64,000 bases of DNA from Alphaproteobacteria bacterium. GTDB taxonomy: Bacteria > Pseudomonadota > Alphaproteobacteria > UBA828. Both the position numbers and the translations under genes were made by a program. How positions within the stretch are numbered: position 1 is the first letter of the stretch; each line of letters begins with the position of its first letter. Positions 18,140-29,118 of this stretch are shown in pieces. The notes under the pieces are model-generated. The model saw nothing but the letters and a program-made list of their open reading frames with translations. It did no database searches and was not told the DNA's origin. The stretch is from positions 416,001 to 480,000 of the forward strand of contig CBDCQT010000010.1 of NCBI GenBank assembly GCA_965220745.1, in the 5' to 3' direction.

Positions 18140-18999
18140 GCACGGCGGACGCGCACGCGGGCGCGGGGCTCAGGCGAAACCAGCGCCTGCGCCTGTGGGA
18201 GCATGCGGTGTATGCGCCGATCTGGCGGCCGCTGGCTGCGTGGATCGGCCTCGTGCTCATCGTGCTCACCTACATCCCGCTGGTCTGGCTGGTGGTCATG
18301 TCGTTCAGCGACCGGCCGCTCTCAGGCATTCCGCATCCGCTGACGCTCCGCTGGTACGATGAGCTCTTCGCGACCTCCGCCTGGATCGAGCCGATTACCG
18401 ACAGCCTGTGGCTCGCGCTTGTGGTCGGCATCTGCTGCGTTCTCGTCTCGGTGCCGGTGGGGCGCGCGATCCCGCGCATGAGGCGGCGCGGCGGGGTACT
18501 GCTGATCACGCTGCTGCCGCTCTTCGTGCCAGGGCTCACCATGGGGGCCGCCCTCTTCCTCTTCATCCGCTCCTACATGCACTTCAAGCTCGGCATGTGG
18601 TCGATCTTCGTCGGCCACATGGTCTGGGCGCTGCCATTCGCCTTCCTGCTGGTGATCGTGCTGGCGACGCGCTTCGACCACCGCCTGCTGGAGGCGGCGG
18701 AGGACCTGGGGGCATCGGCCTGGCAACGCTTCTGGCAAATCGAGTTTCCGATCATGCGGCCCGGTATCGTCGGCGCCGGCCTGTTCGGCTTCATCCTCTC
18801 GTTCAACGAGCTCCTGCGCTCGATCTTCCTGCGCGGCACGGAGACGACGATGCCGATTTACACCTGGGCGCAGGCGTCCTCGCATCAGTCAAACGTGCCG
18901 ATCATCTTCGGCCTGGCCTCGCTGATCTTCGGGGTCACGCTGCCGATCATCGGCACCTTCTTCTGGATTCTGTTCAGCCGTACCGGTCAGAGCCGCTGA
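18136..18999 (+). CDS. ABC transporter permease (PotC-like)
   Basis: TLRWYDELF; LEAAEDLGAS; FILSFNE. Confidence 0.88.
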   Translation: MSTADAHAGAGLRRNQRLRLWEHAVYAPIWRPLAAWIGLVLIVLTYIPLVWLVVMSFSDRPLSGIPHPLTLRWYDELFATSAWIEPITDSLWLALVVGICCVLVSVPVGRAIPRMRRRGGVLLITLLPLFVPGLTMGAALFLFIRSYMHFKLGMWSIFVGHMVWALPFAFLLVIVLATRFDHRLLEAAEDLGASAWQRFWQIEFPIMRPGIVGAGLFGFILSFNELLRSIFLRGTETTMPIYTWAQASSHQSNVPIIFGLASLIFGVTLPIIGTFFWILFSRTGQSR

Positions 19000-19049
19000 G
19001 CCGGGCGCCGCAATAGGCCCCAGCGCGGACGCCCCATCCCGCACTTGCG

Positions 19050-19754
19050 ATGACTGCCCGCTACGCCATCTACTTCGCGCCGCCGACCGATTCCGCGCTC
19101 GCGCGCTTCGGTGCCACCTGGCTCGGGCGCGATGCCGAGACCGGCGCGCGTCTGGCGCGGCCTGCGGTCGAGGGGTTCAGCGACGAACGGTTGGCGCGCA
19201 TCACGGAGACACCCAGAGGCTACGGCTTTCACGCGACCCTGGCGCCACCGGTGCGCCTCGCCGAGGGCTGCACGCACGGGATGCTCGATGAGGCCCTCGC
19301 CACCTTCGCCCGCGACAGGCAGCCCTTTCGCGCGCCGTCGCTCCGGCTCGCGGCGCTCGATGACTTCCTCGCCCTGAAGCTGTCCGAGCCGAGCGCCCCG
19401 ATGCAGGCGCTGGAGGACGACGTTATCCACACCTTCCATCGCTTTCGGGCACCGCCCACGCCGGCCGAGCACATTCGCCGCCAGACGGGAACGCACACGC
19501 CCCGCCAGGAGGAACTGCTCCGCCAGTGGGGCTATCCGTTCGTTCTGGACGAGTTCCGTTTCCACATGACACTCACCTGCGAGCTCGATCCACCCGAGCG
19601 GCGTTCTCTACAAGAGGCACTGGAGCGGCTCACCGCGCCGTTGTGCGCCCAGCCGCTTGCTGTGGACGGGATCGCGCTATTCGAGCAGGAGGACAGGGGG
19701 GCGCCGTTCAGGCTTGCGCGCCGCTATCCGTTCGGCACCGTCGTCGGGAGTTAG
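19050..19754 (+). CDS. DUF1045 family (phosphonate-associated, 2H phosphoesterase-like) protein
   Basis: RYAIYFAP, YGFHATL, WGYPFVLDEFRFHMTLT (two HxT motifs). Confidence 0.85.
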   Translation: MTARYAIYFAPPTDSALARFGATWLGRDAETGARLARPAVEGFSDERLARITETPRGYGFHATLAPPVRLAEGCTHGMLDEALATFARDRQPFRAPSLRLAALDDFLALKLSEPSAPMQALEDDVIHTFHRFRAPPTPAEHIRRQTGTHTPRQEELLRQWGYPFVLDEFRFHMTLTCELDPPERRSLQEALERLTAPLCAQPLAVDGIALFEQEDRGAPFRLARRYPFGTVVGS

Positions 19755-19793
19755 CCTGATCGAAATTTGCGGGGTCCGTGTTTCTGACGCGCT

Positions 19794-21017
19794 TCAATCG
19801 GCCGTGGGCGCGGTGTCTCGGGCCGCCGCCAGGCGCTCTAAACCCTCGGCGAGGTCGGCGATGAGGTCGTCCGGGTCTTCGAGGCCCGCGTAGATGCGGA
19901 GCAAGGGATAGGCGGGGTCCCAGCGGGTCGCGTCCCGAAGCTTCCACGGATAGGTGGGGAGCGCCAGGCTCTCGTAGCCGCCCCAGGAATAGCCGAGGCC
20001 GAAGAGCGTAAGGGAATCGAGAAACGCATCGACCGCAGGCTCCGGCACCGGCTCCAGTATCACGCCGAAGAGGCTGGAGGCGCCGGAAAAGTCGCGCTGC
20101 CAGAGGGCATGGCCGGGGTCGTCCTCCAGCGCGGGGTGGAGCACTTGCCGGACCTCGGGCCGCGCCTGCAGCCAGCGGGCGAGCGCGAGGCCGGTCTCCT
20201 GGTGCCGGTGCAGCCGGACCGAGAGCGTGCGCAGGCCGCGCAGGCCGAGATAGCAGTCGTCGGGGCCAGGGGCGGCGCCCAGCTCCTCGAAGATGCGGCG
20301 CACCGGCTCGACGTGGGCCTCGTTGGTGGTGACCGCGCCCAGCATCGCGTCCGAATGGCCCACGATGTACTTGGTGCAGGCCTGGATCGAGACGTCGGCC
20401 CCCAACGCGAGCGGCTGGCAGAAGAGCGGCGAGGCCCAGGTGTTGTCCACGATCAGCACGGCGCCCCGCTCATGGGCCGCTTCCGCGAGCACTGGGAAAT
20501 CCTGGATCTCGAAGGTGATCGAGCCAGGCGATTCGCCCACCACCACGCTGGTCTCGGGGCGCATCAGGTCCGCGATGCCGGCGCCGATGCAGGGGTCGTA
20601 GAAGGTGGTCTCGACCCCCATGCGCGCGAGCAGGCCGTTCGCGAGGGCGCGCGTCGGGCCGTAGGCGCTGTCGGTCATCAGCACGTGGTCGCCGCTCTTC
20701 ACGAAGGCGAGCAGCGCCGCCACGATCGCCGCCTTGCCGGAGCCGAACAGGTAGCAGCGGTGGCCCTGCTCCAGCGCGGCGATGGAATCCTGCAGCGGAA
20801 AGGTCGTGGGCGTGCCGTAGCGGCCGTAATAGGTCTTGCCGTACTCGCGCGCGCCGAAGGTGGCTTCCTTCAGCGCTGCCGCCGTCTCGTGCAGGATCGT
20901 GGACGCGTGATAGACGGGCGGGTTCACCACGCCGTGATTCGCCGAAGGGTCGCGGCCGAGAACCGAGAGCAGGGTCTCGTCCCGGTAGCGCCCCTTGTCG
21001 CCGTTATTCTTGGTCAT
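19794..21017 (-). CDS. metC: Cystathionine beta-lyase
   Basis: VNPPVYHAST, YGRYGTPT, VDNTWA, CTKYIVGHSD, SWGGYESL. Confidence 0.92.
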   Translation of the reverse strand: MTKNNGDKGRYRDETLLSVLGRDPSANHGVVNPPVYHASTILHETAAALKEATFGAREYGKTYYGRYGTPTTFPLQDSIAALEQGHRCYLFGSGKAAIVAALLAFVKSGDHVLMTDSAYGPTRALANGLLARMGVETTFYDPCIGAGIADLMRPETSVVVGESPGSITFEIQDFPVLAEAAHERGAVLIVDNTWASPLFCQPLALGADVSIQACTKYIVGHSDAMLGAVTTNEAHVEPVRRIFEELGAAPGPDDCYLGLRGLRTLSVRLHRHQETGLALARWLQARPEVRQVLHPALEDDPGHALWQRDFSGASSLFGVILEPVPEPAVDAFLDSLTLFGLGYSWGGYESLALPTYPWKLRDATRWDPAYPLLRIYAGLEDPDDLIADLAEGLERLAAARDTAPTAD

Positions 21018-21042
21018 GGCCTGCGACCGCTCGGACGATCGC

Positions 21043-22764
21043 TCAAATGTCGGCGAAGCAATGGGTTTCCGCCGCGCCGCCGGGATGCGTCACCGCGCCC
21101 TGGTAGGCGGGGCCCACGGTCGCCGCGTACTTCCAGAGCACGCCCGCCTGATAGTCGTGCGAGCGCTCCGTCCAGGTCTTGCGGCGCTCCGCGAGCTCGG
21201 CTTCGGAGAGCGCCACGCTGAGCTCGCCGCTGGTCGCGTCGATGGTCACCTGATCGCCGTCGCGCAGCAACGCGATTGGCCCGCCCACCGCAGCCTCCGG
21301 CCCCACGTGGCCGATACAGAAGCCCCGCGTCGCGCCGGAGAAGCGGCCGTCGGTGATGAGCGCGACCTCCTCGCCCTTGCCCTGGCCGTAGATCTGCGAG
21401 GTGACGGCCAGCATCTCGCGCATGCCGGGGCCGCCCTTCGGCCCCTCGTAGCGAATCACGATCACGTCGCCGGAGCGGTAGTCGCGGCTGACGATGGCCT
21501 TCATCGCCTCTTCCTCGGTGTCGAAGCAGCGCGCGGGCCCCACGTGGCGGAGCCGCGAGAGGCCGGCCACCTTCACGATGGCGCCCTCTGGCGCGAGATT
21601 GCCGCTGAGCCCCACCACGCCGCCGGTGGGCGAGAGCGGGGCGGACGTCGGCACCACCACGTCCTGTTCGGTGGGGAACTTCACGTCCGCAAGATTCTCG
21701 GCCAGCGTGCGGCCGGTCACGGTCACGCAGTCGCCGTGCAGATAGCCGCCCTCGAGCAGCGCCTTGAGCACGATCGGCACACCGCCCACCTCGAACAGGT
21801 CCTTCGCCACGTAACGGCCGCCTGGCTTGAGATCGGCGATGTAGGGGGTGCGCTTGAACACCTCCGCCACCGCCGCGAGGTCGAAGTCGATCCCCGCCTC
21901 GTTCGCGATGGCGGGCAGGTGCAGGCCCGCGTTGGTCGAGCCGCCGGTGGCCGCCACCACCGTCGCGGCGTTCTCCATCGCCTTGCGGGTGACGATGTCA
22001 CGCGGGCGAAGGTTCTTCTCGATCAGGTCCATGACGCACGTGCCGGAGGCCACGGCGAACTCGTCGCGGGATTCGTAGACCGCCGGCGCGCCCGCCGAAT
22101 GCGGCAGCGCCAGGCCGATCGCCTCGGAGACGCAGGCCATGGTGTTGGCGGTGAACTGGCCGCCGCAAGAGCCGCCGGAGGGGCATGCCACCGCCTCGAT
22201 CTCCTCAAGGTCTTTCTCGGTGACGTCGCCCTGGTTGAGCTTGCCGTAATACTCGTAGACGTCCATCACCGTGACGTCCTTGCCGCGGAAGCGCCCTGGC
22301 AGGATGGAGCCGCCGTAGAGAAAGACGCCGGGCACGTTGAGCCTGACAAGTGCCATCATCATGCCGGGCAGCGACTTGTCGCAGCCGGCGATGCCCACCA
22401 GCGCGTCGTAGGAGTGTCCGCGCATGGTGAGCTCCACCGAATCGGCAATCACGTCGCGCGAGACCAGCGAGGACTTCATGCCCTGGTGGCCCATGGCGAT
22501 GCCGTCGGTCACCGTGATGGTGGTGAACTCGCGCGGCGTGCCGCCGGCCTCGTCCACGCCCGCTTTCGCTGCCAGCGCCTGGCGGCGAAGCGTGATGTTG
22601 CAGGGCGCGGTCTCGTTCCAGGTGGTGGCGACGCCCACGATGGGCCGGCTCATCGCCTGGCGGGAGACACCCATGGCGTAGAAGAAAGACCGGTGCGCGG
22701 CGCTCTTGGCCCCCTCGGTGATGTGCCTGCTCGGCAGCTTCGACTTGTCGAATTTCGTGCTCAT
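21043..22764 (-). CDS. ilvD: Dihydroxy-acid dehydratase
   Basis: PCN, VTDGIAMGH, GCDKSLPG, FTANTMA, GGSTN, GPKGGPGMREM, TDGRFSG. Confidence 0.95.
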   Translation of the reverse strand: MSTKFDKSKLPSRHITEGAKSAAHRSFFYAMGVSRQAMSRPIVGVATTWNETAPCNITLRRQALAAKAGVDEAGGTPREFTTITVTDGIAMGHQGMKSSLVSRDVIADSVELTMRGHSYDALVGIAGCDKSLPGMMMALVRLNVPGVFLYGGSILPGRFRGKDVTVMDVYEYYGKLNQGDVTEKDLEEIEAVACPSGGSCGGQFTANTMACVSEAIGLALPHSAGAPAVYESRDEFAVASGTCVMDLIEKNLRPRDIVTRKAMENAATVVAATGGSTNAGLHLPAIANEAGIDFDLAAVAEVFKRTPYIADLKPGGRYVAKDLFEVGGVPIVLKALLEGGYLHGDCVTVTGRTLAENLADVKFPTEQDVVVPTSAPLSPTGGVVGLSGNLAPEGAIVKVAGLSRLRHVGPARCFDTEEEAMKAIVSRDYRSGDVIVIRYEGPKGGPGMREMLAVTSQIYGQGKGEEVALITDGRFSGATRGFCIGHVGPEAAVGGPIALLRDGDQVTIDATSGELSVALSEAELAERRKTWTERSHDYQAGVLWKYAATVGPAYQGAVTHPGGAAETHCFADI

Positions 22765-22909
22765 GGCGCCCTTCCCCCTCGCACCGCCCACAGTCTCGCA
22801 GCGGCGCGCCAAAATCTGCGTGGACCGGCCCGTCGGAACCAGCCTGCCGGCGCACGGCTTACTCGCCCCGGTGGGCCGCGGTCAAGCGGCGCGCGTCGCC
22901 GGGAGGCCA

Positions 22910-25561
22910 TTAGGGCGCGGCAATCCGCTCCAGCGCGGCCTTGAGCCGGGCTTCTGCCGTGCACGCCTCGTCGAGGCGTCCGCGCTGCTCCTCGACCACG
23001 TGAGCCGGCGCCCGCGCCAGAAACTGCTCGTTCTCGAGCTTGCGCTCCAGCTTCGCACGCTCCTGGCCCGCCTTGCCGAGCTCCCGGTCGAGCCGCGCGC
23101 GCTCCTTGTCGAACTCGATCACACCGGCGAGCGGGAGCACGATGGTCGCCTCGTCCAGCATCATCTGCACCGAACCGGACGGCACCTCTCCATCCAGCGC
23201 CTCGGCCTCGCTGAGGCGGGCGAGGCGGGCGATGACCTCGCGGTGGCGATCGAGCCGCGCCGCGGTCTCGGGCGCGCACCCGCGCAAGCCCAGCGCAATG
23301 CGGGCTCCGGCCGGCACGTTCATCTCGGCCCTGACGGCGCGCACAGCGGTGACGAGCCGCACAACCCAGTCCATCTCGCGTGCGGCGTCGGCATCGCCGG
23401 TGCTCTCGTCGAGTGCCGGCCAGGGCGCCGTGATCAGCGTGCCGGCCCGCCCCTCGTCGATCCGGCCCCAAAGCTCCTCGGTGACGAAGGGCATGAAGGG
23501 ATGCAGCAGACCCAGGATCGTGTCCAGCACCCAGGCGGCGGTGGCGCGGGTCTCTGCCTTCGCCGGCCCGTCGGGACCCGCCAGCGTGGGCTTGGAAAAT
23601 TCAAGATACCAGTCGCAGAAGACATCCCAGGTGAAGTGGTAGACCGCGCCCGCCGCCGCATCGAAGCGGTAGGCATCGAGCGCCGCGGTCACGTCGCGGG
23701 CCGCGCGGGCCGCCTCGCCCACGATCCAGCGGTTGACCTGGCCCTCGGCCTGGGCGGGGTCGAAGCCGGGGACCGGCCTGCACCCGTTGGCCTCGCAGAA
23801 GCGCGCGGCGTTCCAGAGCTTGGTGGCGAAGTTGCGGTAGCCGGCGACCCGGCTTTCGGCGAGCTTGATATCGCGCCCCTGCGCTTCCATCGCCGCCAGC
23901 GTGAAGCGGAGCGCGTCGGCGCCGTACTTGTCGATCAGCGCAAGCGGGTCGATCACGTTGCCCTTGCTCTTCGACATCTTCTGCCCCTTCTCGTCGCGCA
24001 CCAGCGCGTGGATGTAGACCGTGCGGAAGGGGATATCGCCCATGAAGTGCATGCCGAGCATCGCCATCCGGGCAACCCAGAAGAAGATGATGTCGAAGCC
24101 CGTGATCAGATCGCTGTTGGGGTAATAGGTCTCCAGCGCGTCGGTGCGCTCGGGCCAGCCGAGGGTCGAGAACGGCCAGAGGCCCGAGCTGAACCAGGTG
24201 TCCAGCACGTCCTCATCCCGGCTCAGCGGCTCGGGTCCACCGTAGTGCTGCGCCGCCTGCTCCTCCGCCTCGGCTTCCGTGGTGGCGACGAAGACCTGGC
24301 CGTCTGGCCCGTACCACGCCGGAATGCGGTGGCCCCACCAGAGCTGGCGCGAGATGCACCAGGGCTGGATGTTGCGCATCCACTCGAAATAGGTGTTGGC
24401 CCAACGCTCCGGCACGAAGCGGATGCGGCCGTCCTCCACCGCCTCGATGGCGGGCTTGGCCAGCGTTTCGGCATCGACGTACCACTGATCGGTGAGCCAG
24501 GGCTCGATCACCGCGCCCGAGCGGTCGCCGTGGGGCACGGTATGGACGTGCGCCTCGACCGCCTCGATCAGTCCTTGCGCTTCGAGATCGGCGAGGACGC
24601 GCTCGCGCGCCTCGAATCGGTCGAGACCGCGATAGACCTCGGGCGCGTTCTCGTTGATCCGGGCCTCGGCGTCGAACACGTTGACGATGTCGAGGTCGTG
24701 CCGGCGGCCCACTTCGAAGTCGTTGAAGTCGTGGGCCGGCGTAATCTTCACCGCGCCGGAGCCCTGCTCGGGATCGGCGTAGTCATCGGCGACGATCGGC
24801 AGATAGCGGCCGACCAGCGGCAGCACGGCGCGGCTGCCGATGAGACCCCGGTAGCGCTCGTCCTCGGGGTGCACGGCGACGGCGGTGTCGCCCAGCATGG
24901 TCTCGGGCCGGGTGGTGGCGACGACGATGTGTTCGCCGGACCGTCCCTCAAGCGGATAGCGGATGTGCCAGAGCTTGCCGTCCCGCATCTCGCGCTGCTC
25001 GACCTCCAGATCGGAGATCGCGGTGCCCAGCACCGGGTCCCAGTTGACCAGCCGCTTGTCGCGATAGATCAGTCCCTGCCGGTACAGGGTGACGAAGACT
25101 TCGAGCACCGCCCGGCTCAGGCCTTTGTCCATGGTGAAGCGCTCGCGCGACCAGTCGGGTGAAGCACCGAGGCGGCGGAGCTGGCGGCCGATGGCGCCGC
25201 CCGATTCCGCCTTCCAGGACCACACGCGGTCGATGAAGGCATCGCGGCCGAGGCCGCGCCGATCCGTGCCCTCTTCGGCCAGCTGGCGCTCGACCACCAT
25301 CTGTGTCGCGATCCCGGCGTGGTCCATGCCCGGCTGCCAGAGCGCGTTGCGGCCGGTCTTGCGCCGGTAGCGGGTGAGCACGTCCTGCAGCGTGTTGTTG
25401 AGCGCGTGCCCCATGTGCAGGCTGCCGGTGACATTCGGCGGCGGCATCATCACACACCAGGGCGTACCGCCACCGGGGCGCCCGGCGAAGCCGCCGCTCT
25501 TCTCCCAAAGTTCGTAAAGGCGGCCCTCGAAATCGGCAGGCCGATAGGTCTTCTCCAGCAT
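22910..25561 (-). CDS. valS: Valine--tRNA ligase
   Basis: [35 protein letters not shown]-terminal coiled coil; start ATG 25561. Confidence 0.97.
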   Translation of the reverse strand: MLEKTYRPADFEGRLYELWEKSGGFAGRPGGGTPWCVMMPPPNVTGSLHMGHALNNTLQDVLTRYRRKTGRNALWQPGMDHAGIATQMVVERQLAEEGTDRRGLGRDAFIDRVWSWKAESGGAIGRQLRRLGASPDWSRERFTMDKGLSRAVLEVFVTLYRQGLIYRDKRLVNWDPVLGTAISDLEVEQREMRDGKLWHIRYPLEGRSGEHIVVATTRPETMLGDTAVAVHPEDERYRGLIGSRAVLPLVGRYLPIVADDYADPEQGSGAVKITPAHDFNDFEVGRRHDLDIVNVFDAEARINENAPEVYRGLDRFEARERVLADLEAQGLIEAVEAHVHTVPHGDRSGAVIEPWLTDQWYVDAETLAKPAIEAVEDGRIRFVPERWANTYFEWMRNIQPWCISRQLWWGHRIPAWYGPDGQVFVATTEAEAEEQAAQHYGGPEPLSRDEDVLDTWFSSGLWPFSTLGWPERTDALETYYPNSDLITGFDIIFFWVARMAMLGMHFMGDIPFRTVYIHALVRDEKGQKMSKSKGNVIDPLALIDKYGADALRFTLAAMEAQGRDIKLAESRVAGYRNFATKLWNAARFCEANGCRPVPGFDPAQAEGQVNRWIVGEAARAARDVTAALDAYRFDAAAGAVYHFTWDVFCDWYLEFSKPTLAGPDGPAKAETRATAAWVLDTILGLLHPFMPFVTEELWGRIDEGRAGTLITAPWPALDESTGDADAAREMDWVVRLVTAVRAVRAEMNVPAGARIALGLRGCAPETAARLDRHREVIARLARLSEAEALDGEVPSGSVQMMLDEATIVLPLAGVIEFDKERARLDRELGKAGQERAKLERKLENEQFLARAPAHVVEEQRGRLDEACTAEARLKAALERIAAP

Positions 25562-25631
25562 CGTCGTCTCGTAACCGTTTCGGGGAGATGGCGCTAGTGG
25601 GGCAGGCTGAATGGCACCTTGCGGGAGCGGC

Positions 25632-26012
25632 TTACTCGGGCTCGGCGCGGCTCGACGCGCGTTCGATCTCGCGTTCCACGAGACGCTCGACCATCGGCGG
25701 CATGTGGGTGTCGAGCCACGTTTGGAGCATCGGCCGAAGCGTCTCCAGCACCTGCTCCTCGCTGGCGGGGCCATCCTTCGCGACTTCCGGCGCGCCTTCA
25801 CGCTCCCGATCCAGATGGATCGCGTTGCCCTGCTCGTCCACCATGTCGACCAGGTCGAGGATGTCGTCGTCCTCGCCCGCAACCGGCGCCGGCGCAGCCG
25901 CCGACGGCGCGTCCTCGCCGGGGTCCGGCTCGCGCCCCTCGCCCTCTGCGACGACACGGCCGATCATTTCCAGGATCTGCTGCTTCGAAAGGTCGGGCTT
26001 TTGATTGGTCAT
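25632..26012 (-). CDS. popZ: Polar organizing protein PopZ-like (DUF2497)
   Basis: N-terminal helix, acidic/Pro-rich linker with DDILDL, C-terminal [27 protein letters not shown]; adjacent to valS. Confidence 0.82.
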   Translation of the reverse strand: MTNQKPDLSKQQILEMIGRVVAEGEGREPDPGEDAPSAAAPAPVAGEDDDILDLVDMVDEQGNAIHLDREREGAPEVAKDGPASEEQVLETLRPMLQTWLDTHMPPMVERLVEREIERASSRAEPE

Positions 26013-26157
26013 GGGACCGTGTCGCCGGGTGCGTGGCGCTCCAGTGCAGGAAACCTAGGGCAATCACGGTTCGATTGCCACCGCTGGGAGCCGATTCTGG
26101 GCCGCAGTAGTCGCCAGGCCCCGCGCTCTGGCTTATAATGCCGCGAGTCACACGGCC

Positions 26158-26598
26158 GTGGAGAAGCAGGCCCCCGTGCCGGCATCCAACCTCGAAAAGC
26201 GATGCACCGAAATCGGTCTGAAGATGACCGAGCAGCGGCGCGTCATTGCGCGCGTCCTCTCGGACGCCAAGGACCATCCCGACGTGGAGGGGCTCTACCA
26301 GCGCGCGACCGCCATCGATCCGCGCATCAGTCTGGCGACGGTCTATCGCACGGTGCGGCTCTTCGAGGAATGCGGCCTTCTGGAGCGCCACGACTTCCGA
26401 GACGGGCGTGCGCGCTACGAGGAGCATCCCGACGAGCACCACGATCACTTGATCGACCTCACGTCGGGAAAGGTGATCGAGTTTCAGAACGAGGAGATCG
26501 AGGCGCTCCAGGCCGCCGTCGCCAAAGCGCTCGGCTACAAGCTGGTGGATCACCGGCTGGAGCTCTACGCGGTCCCGTTGGACACGCCCGAGGACTAG
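26158..26598 (+). CDS. fur: Fur/Mur family transcriptional regulator
   Basis: GLKMTEQRRVI, HPDVE, SLATVYRTV, HHDHLID; TATAAT at 26134-26139 upstream. Confidence 0.93.
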   Translation: MEKQAPVPASNLEKRCTEIGLKMTEQRRVIARVLSDAKDHPDVEGLYQRATAIDPRISLATVYRTVRLFEECGLLERHDFRDGRARYEEHPDEHHDHLIDLTSGKVIEFQNEEIEALQAAVAKALGYKLVDHRLELYAVPLDTPED

Positions 26599-26611
26599 CG
26601 CAAGCGAGCCC

Positions 26612-27391
26612 ATGACCGACGATGATTTCATGGCCGGGATCGTCGCCGGTAGCCTTGAGGTTCGCCTGGCCCGCTCGCCGGCGGACGTGGACGCCGTTCA
26701 AGCGTTGCGCTACCGCGTCTTCTACGAGGAGATGGCGGCCGACCCGAGCGGCGAGATGGCGGCGCGCGAGCGCGACTTCGACCGCTTCGACACCTATTGC
26801 GACCATCTCATGGTGATCGACCACGACCGCAGCGCCGCCGACAAGGTGGTCGGCACCTACCGCCTGCTCCGGCGCTCGGTGGCGGACGCTCACGGCGGCT
26901 TCTACTCGTCATGGGAGTACGACATCGACACCATCGTCGCTCACCCCGGCGAGATCCTGGAGCTTGGCCGCTCCTGCGTCGACCCCGCCTACCGCAACGG
27001 CACCACCATGACCTTGCTCTGGCGGGGCAATGCGGCCTATGTGCTGCACTACGAGGTTCCGATCATGTTCGGCTGCGCCAGCTTTCCGGGCACCGACCCG
27101 CAGGAGCACGCCGAGCCGCTTTCCTACCTCTACCACAACTACCTTGCGCCGCCGACGCTCCGCCCGCGCGCCAGGGACGAGCACTACGTGAACATGGACC
27201 TGATCCCCAAGGAGGCACTGGACAGGCGGGCCGCGCTCAAGGCCGTGCCGCCGCTAATCAAGGGCTATCTCAGGCTCAACGGCTTTGTCGGCGACGGTGG
27301 GGTGATCGACTGGCAATGGGGCAGCGTCGATGTCAGCATCGTCGTCAAGACCGACCTCGTGACCCAACGCTACCGGGACAAGCTCACATGA
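26612..27391 (+). CDS. olsB: Ornithine N-acyltransferase OlsB (GNAT)
   Basis: QALRYRVFYEEM, DRFDTYCDHL, VVGTYRLL, LELGRSCV, PPLIKGYLRL. Confidence 0.85.
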   Translation: MTDDDFMAGIVAGSLEVRLARSPADVDAVQALRYRVFYEEMAADPSGEMAARERDFDRFDTYCDHLMVIDHDRSAADKVVGTYRLLRRSVADAHGGFYSSWEYDIDTIVAHPGEILELGRSCVDPAYRNGTTMTLLWRGNAAYVLHYEVPIMFGCASFPGTDPQEHAEPLSYLYHNYLAPPTLRPRARDEHYVNMDLIPKEALDRRAALKAVPPLIKGYLRLNGFVGDGGVIDWQWGSVDVSIVVKTDLVTQRYRDKLT

Positions 27392-28197
27392 TCGCGTTCG
27401 TGGTGTTGCTTCGCTTCTTCGGATGGACCATCAGTCTGGTCCCGTTTCAAGTGGTGCTCATGGCGATCCGGGCGCCGCTCGCCAAGCGGCTCCCCATGGT
27501 CTGGCACCGCGGCGTGTGTCGCATCTTCGGCTTCAGGATCGAGCGGTACGGCACGGCGTCGCGGACCGTGCCCACCCTCTTCGTCTGCAATCACACCTCT
27601 TATCTCGACATCAGCGCGCTGGGCGCCGTGGTGCCGGGGAGCTTCGTCGCCAAAGCCGAGGTGCGGAGCTGGCCCTTGTTCGGCTTCCTCGCCAAATTGC
27701 AGCGGACCGTGTTCGTGGAGCGCCGCGCGTCGCGGACCGCCCATCACCGCGACAATATGACCGCCCGGCTCGAGGCCGGCGACAACCTGATCCTTTTCCC
27801 GGAGGGCACCAGCAACGACGGCAACCGCGTGCTGCCGTTCAAGAGCGCCTTCTTCGGCATTGCCGAGAAGCCGGTCAGGGGCAAACCGCTCACGGTACAG
27901 CCGGTCTCGATCGCCTACACGCGGCTGAACGGAATTCCCATGGGGCGGCCCTACCGGCCGTTCTACGCCTGGTACGGCGACATGGAGCTCGCGAGCCATC
28001 TCTGGAACGTGGCCGGTCTCGGCAATGCCACGATCGCAATTCAGTTCCACGAGCCCGTGACCATCGAGCAGTTCCGCTCCCGCAAGGAGATGGCCGAAGC
28101 CTGCCAGGCCGCGATCGCCGATGGGGTCTCCCGCGCGATCAGCGGCAAACTCACCCCGCCGATCAGAAAACGTTTCTGGGCCCCGCGACCCGCCTAA
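27388..28197 (+). CDS. olsA: Lyso-ornithine lipid / lysophospholipid acyltransferase (OlsA/PlsC)
   Basis: NHTSYLD, FVAKAEV, FPEGTS; translationally coupled to olsB. Confidence 0.8.
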   Translation: MIAFVVLLRFFGWTISLVPFQVVLMAIRAPLAKRLPMVWHRGVCRIFGFRIERYGTASRTVPTLFVCNHTSYLDISALGAVVPGSFVAKAEVRSWPLFGFLAKLQRTVFVERRASRTAHHRDNMTARLEAGDNLILFPEGTSNDGNRVLPFKSAFFGIAEKPVRGKPLTVQPVSIAYTRLNGIPMGRPYRPFYAWYGDMELASHLWNVAGLGNATIAIQFHEPVTIEQFRSRKEMAEACQAAIADGVSRAISGKLTPPIRKRFWAPRPA

Positions 28198-28271
28198 CAT
28201 GCTTCCGCCGGCAGATCGCCCGGACGCAAGGCCTCGATGGTCGCCGCTGCCTCGCCGGGACGCTCACGCAT
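28194..28271 (-). pseudogene. Possible 5' stub of rimI (25 aa)
   Basis: ATG overlaps the end of tsaB, the usual rimI position. MRERPGEAAATIEALRPGDLPAEAC* stops at the 3' end of olsA. Confidence 0.3.
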
Positions 28272-28986
28272 GCGGCGGTCCCCCTGCAGCCGGCCGCGTA
28301 CGCGGCCGCGCTCCCGCCTCCCGCAGATAGAGCGGCCGCACGGCGTTGCCTTCACCGCCTCCCGTTTCGGTGCGGGTAGCGGCACGGCGCACCAGCACAC
28401 GGGCATCGGGCGTGGGCGAGCCGGTCGCCGGGAGCGCGTCGATCGTCGGCGCGAGCGCCGTGAGCGCCGCGTCTTGCCCGGTCCCCACCACGATAACCGG
28501 CTCTCCGTTCTCTGCCGCCGCCACAAGGCCGGGCAATGCCTCGACGTGAAGGGCTTGGGGCTCAGAAAGCACGTCCAGCGAGCGGTCGAAGAGTTGGGCG
28601 TAGAGCCGCCCCCGCCCTGCGTCGAGCGCGGCGAGGATGGGCCCGGCGCGCTCCGCTTCGGGAACGCCGGCGGCGAGAACTTCGAGCGTCGAAAGGCCGA
28701 TCAAGGGCCGCTTCAGGGCGAGGGCGAGGCCGCGAGCGGTCGCAAGGCCAATTCGGATGCCGGTGAACGATCCGGGGCCGATCGTGACCGCGAACCGGTC
28801 CACCGCCGCGAGCGTCGTGTTCCCTTCGGCCGCGACCTCGCGCAGCATGGGGACGAGTGTTTCGGCGTGCCGTCCCCCGGCCTCGACGCGCCTGTGGGCG
28901 ATCACCTCCCCACCCGCCCAGAGCGCGGCGGAGCAGGCCGTCGTCGCCGTGTCGAACCCGAGCAGCGTCAATCCGTCCGAGGTCAT
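28264..28986 (-). CDS. tsaB: tRNA t6A biosynthesis protein TsaB
   Basis: LGFDTAT, HAETL, GPGSFTGIRIG, DAGRGRLY, PLYLR. Confidence 0.93.
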   Translation of the reverse strand: MTSDGLTLLGFDTATTACSAALWAGGEVIAHRRVEAGGRHAETLVPMLREVAAEGNTTLAAVDRFAVTIGPGSFTGIRIGLATARGLALALKRPLIGLSTLEVLAAGVPEAERAGPILAALDAGRGRLYAQLFDRSLDVLSEPQALHVEALPGLVAAAENGEPVIVVGTGQDAALTALAPTIDALPATGSPTPDARVLVRRAATRTETGGGEGNAVRPLYLREAGARPRTRPAAGGPPHA

Positions 28987-29118
28987 AAGCCGATCGCTGC
29001 CATCCCTTTGCTCGCGGCGGCTCTAGCACCCGTCCGGCCGTACCCGCAACCATGCAACGCCGGGCATGCCGGTGCTATTGTTGTTGCCCCTGCCCACGTC
29101 CGCGACACCCTGGGGTTC

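Noticed and set aside
22910-25957. N-terminally extended ValS (1015 aa)
   Set aside because: The extension is an alternative frame of popZ; ValS begins MLEKTY at 25561.
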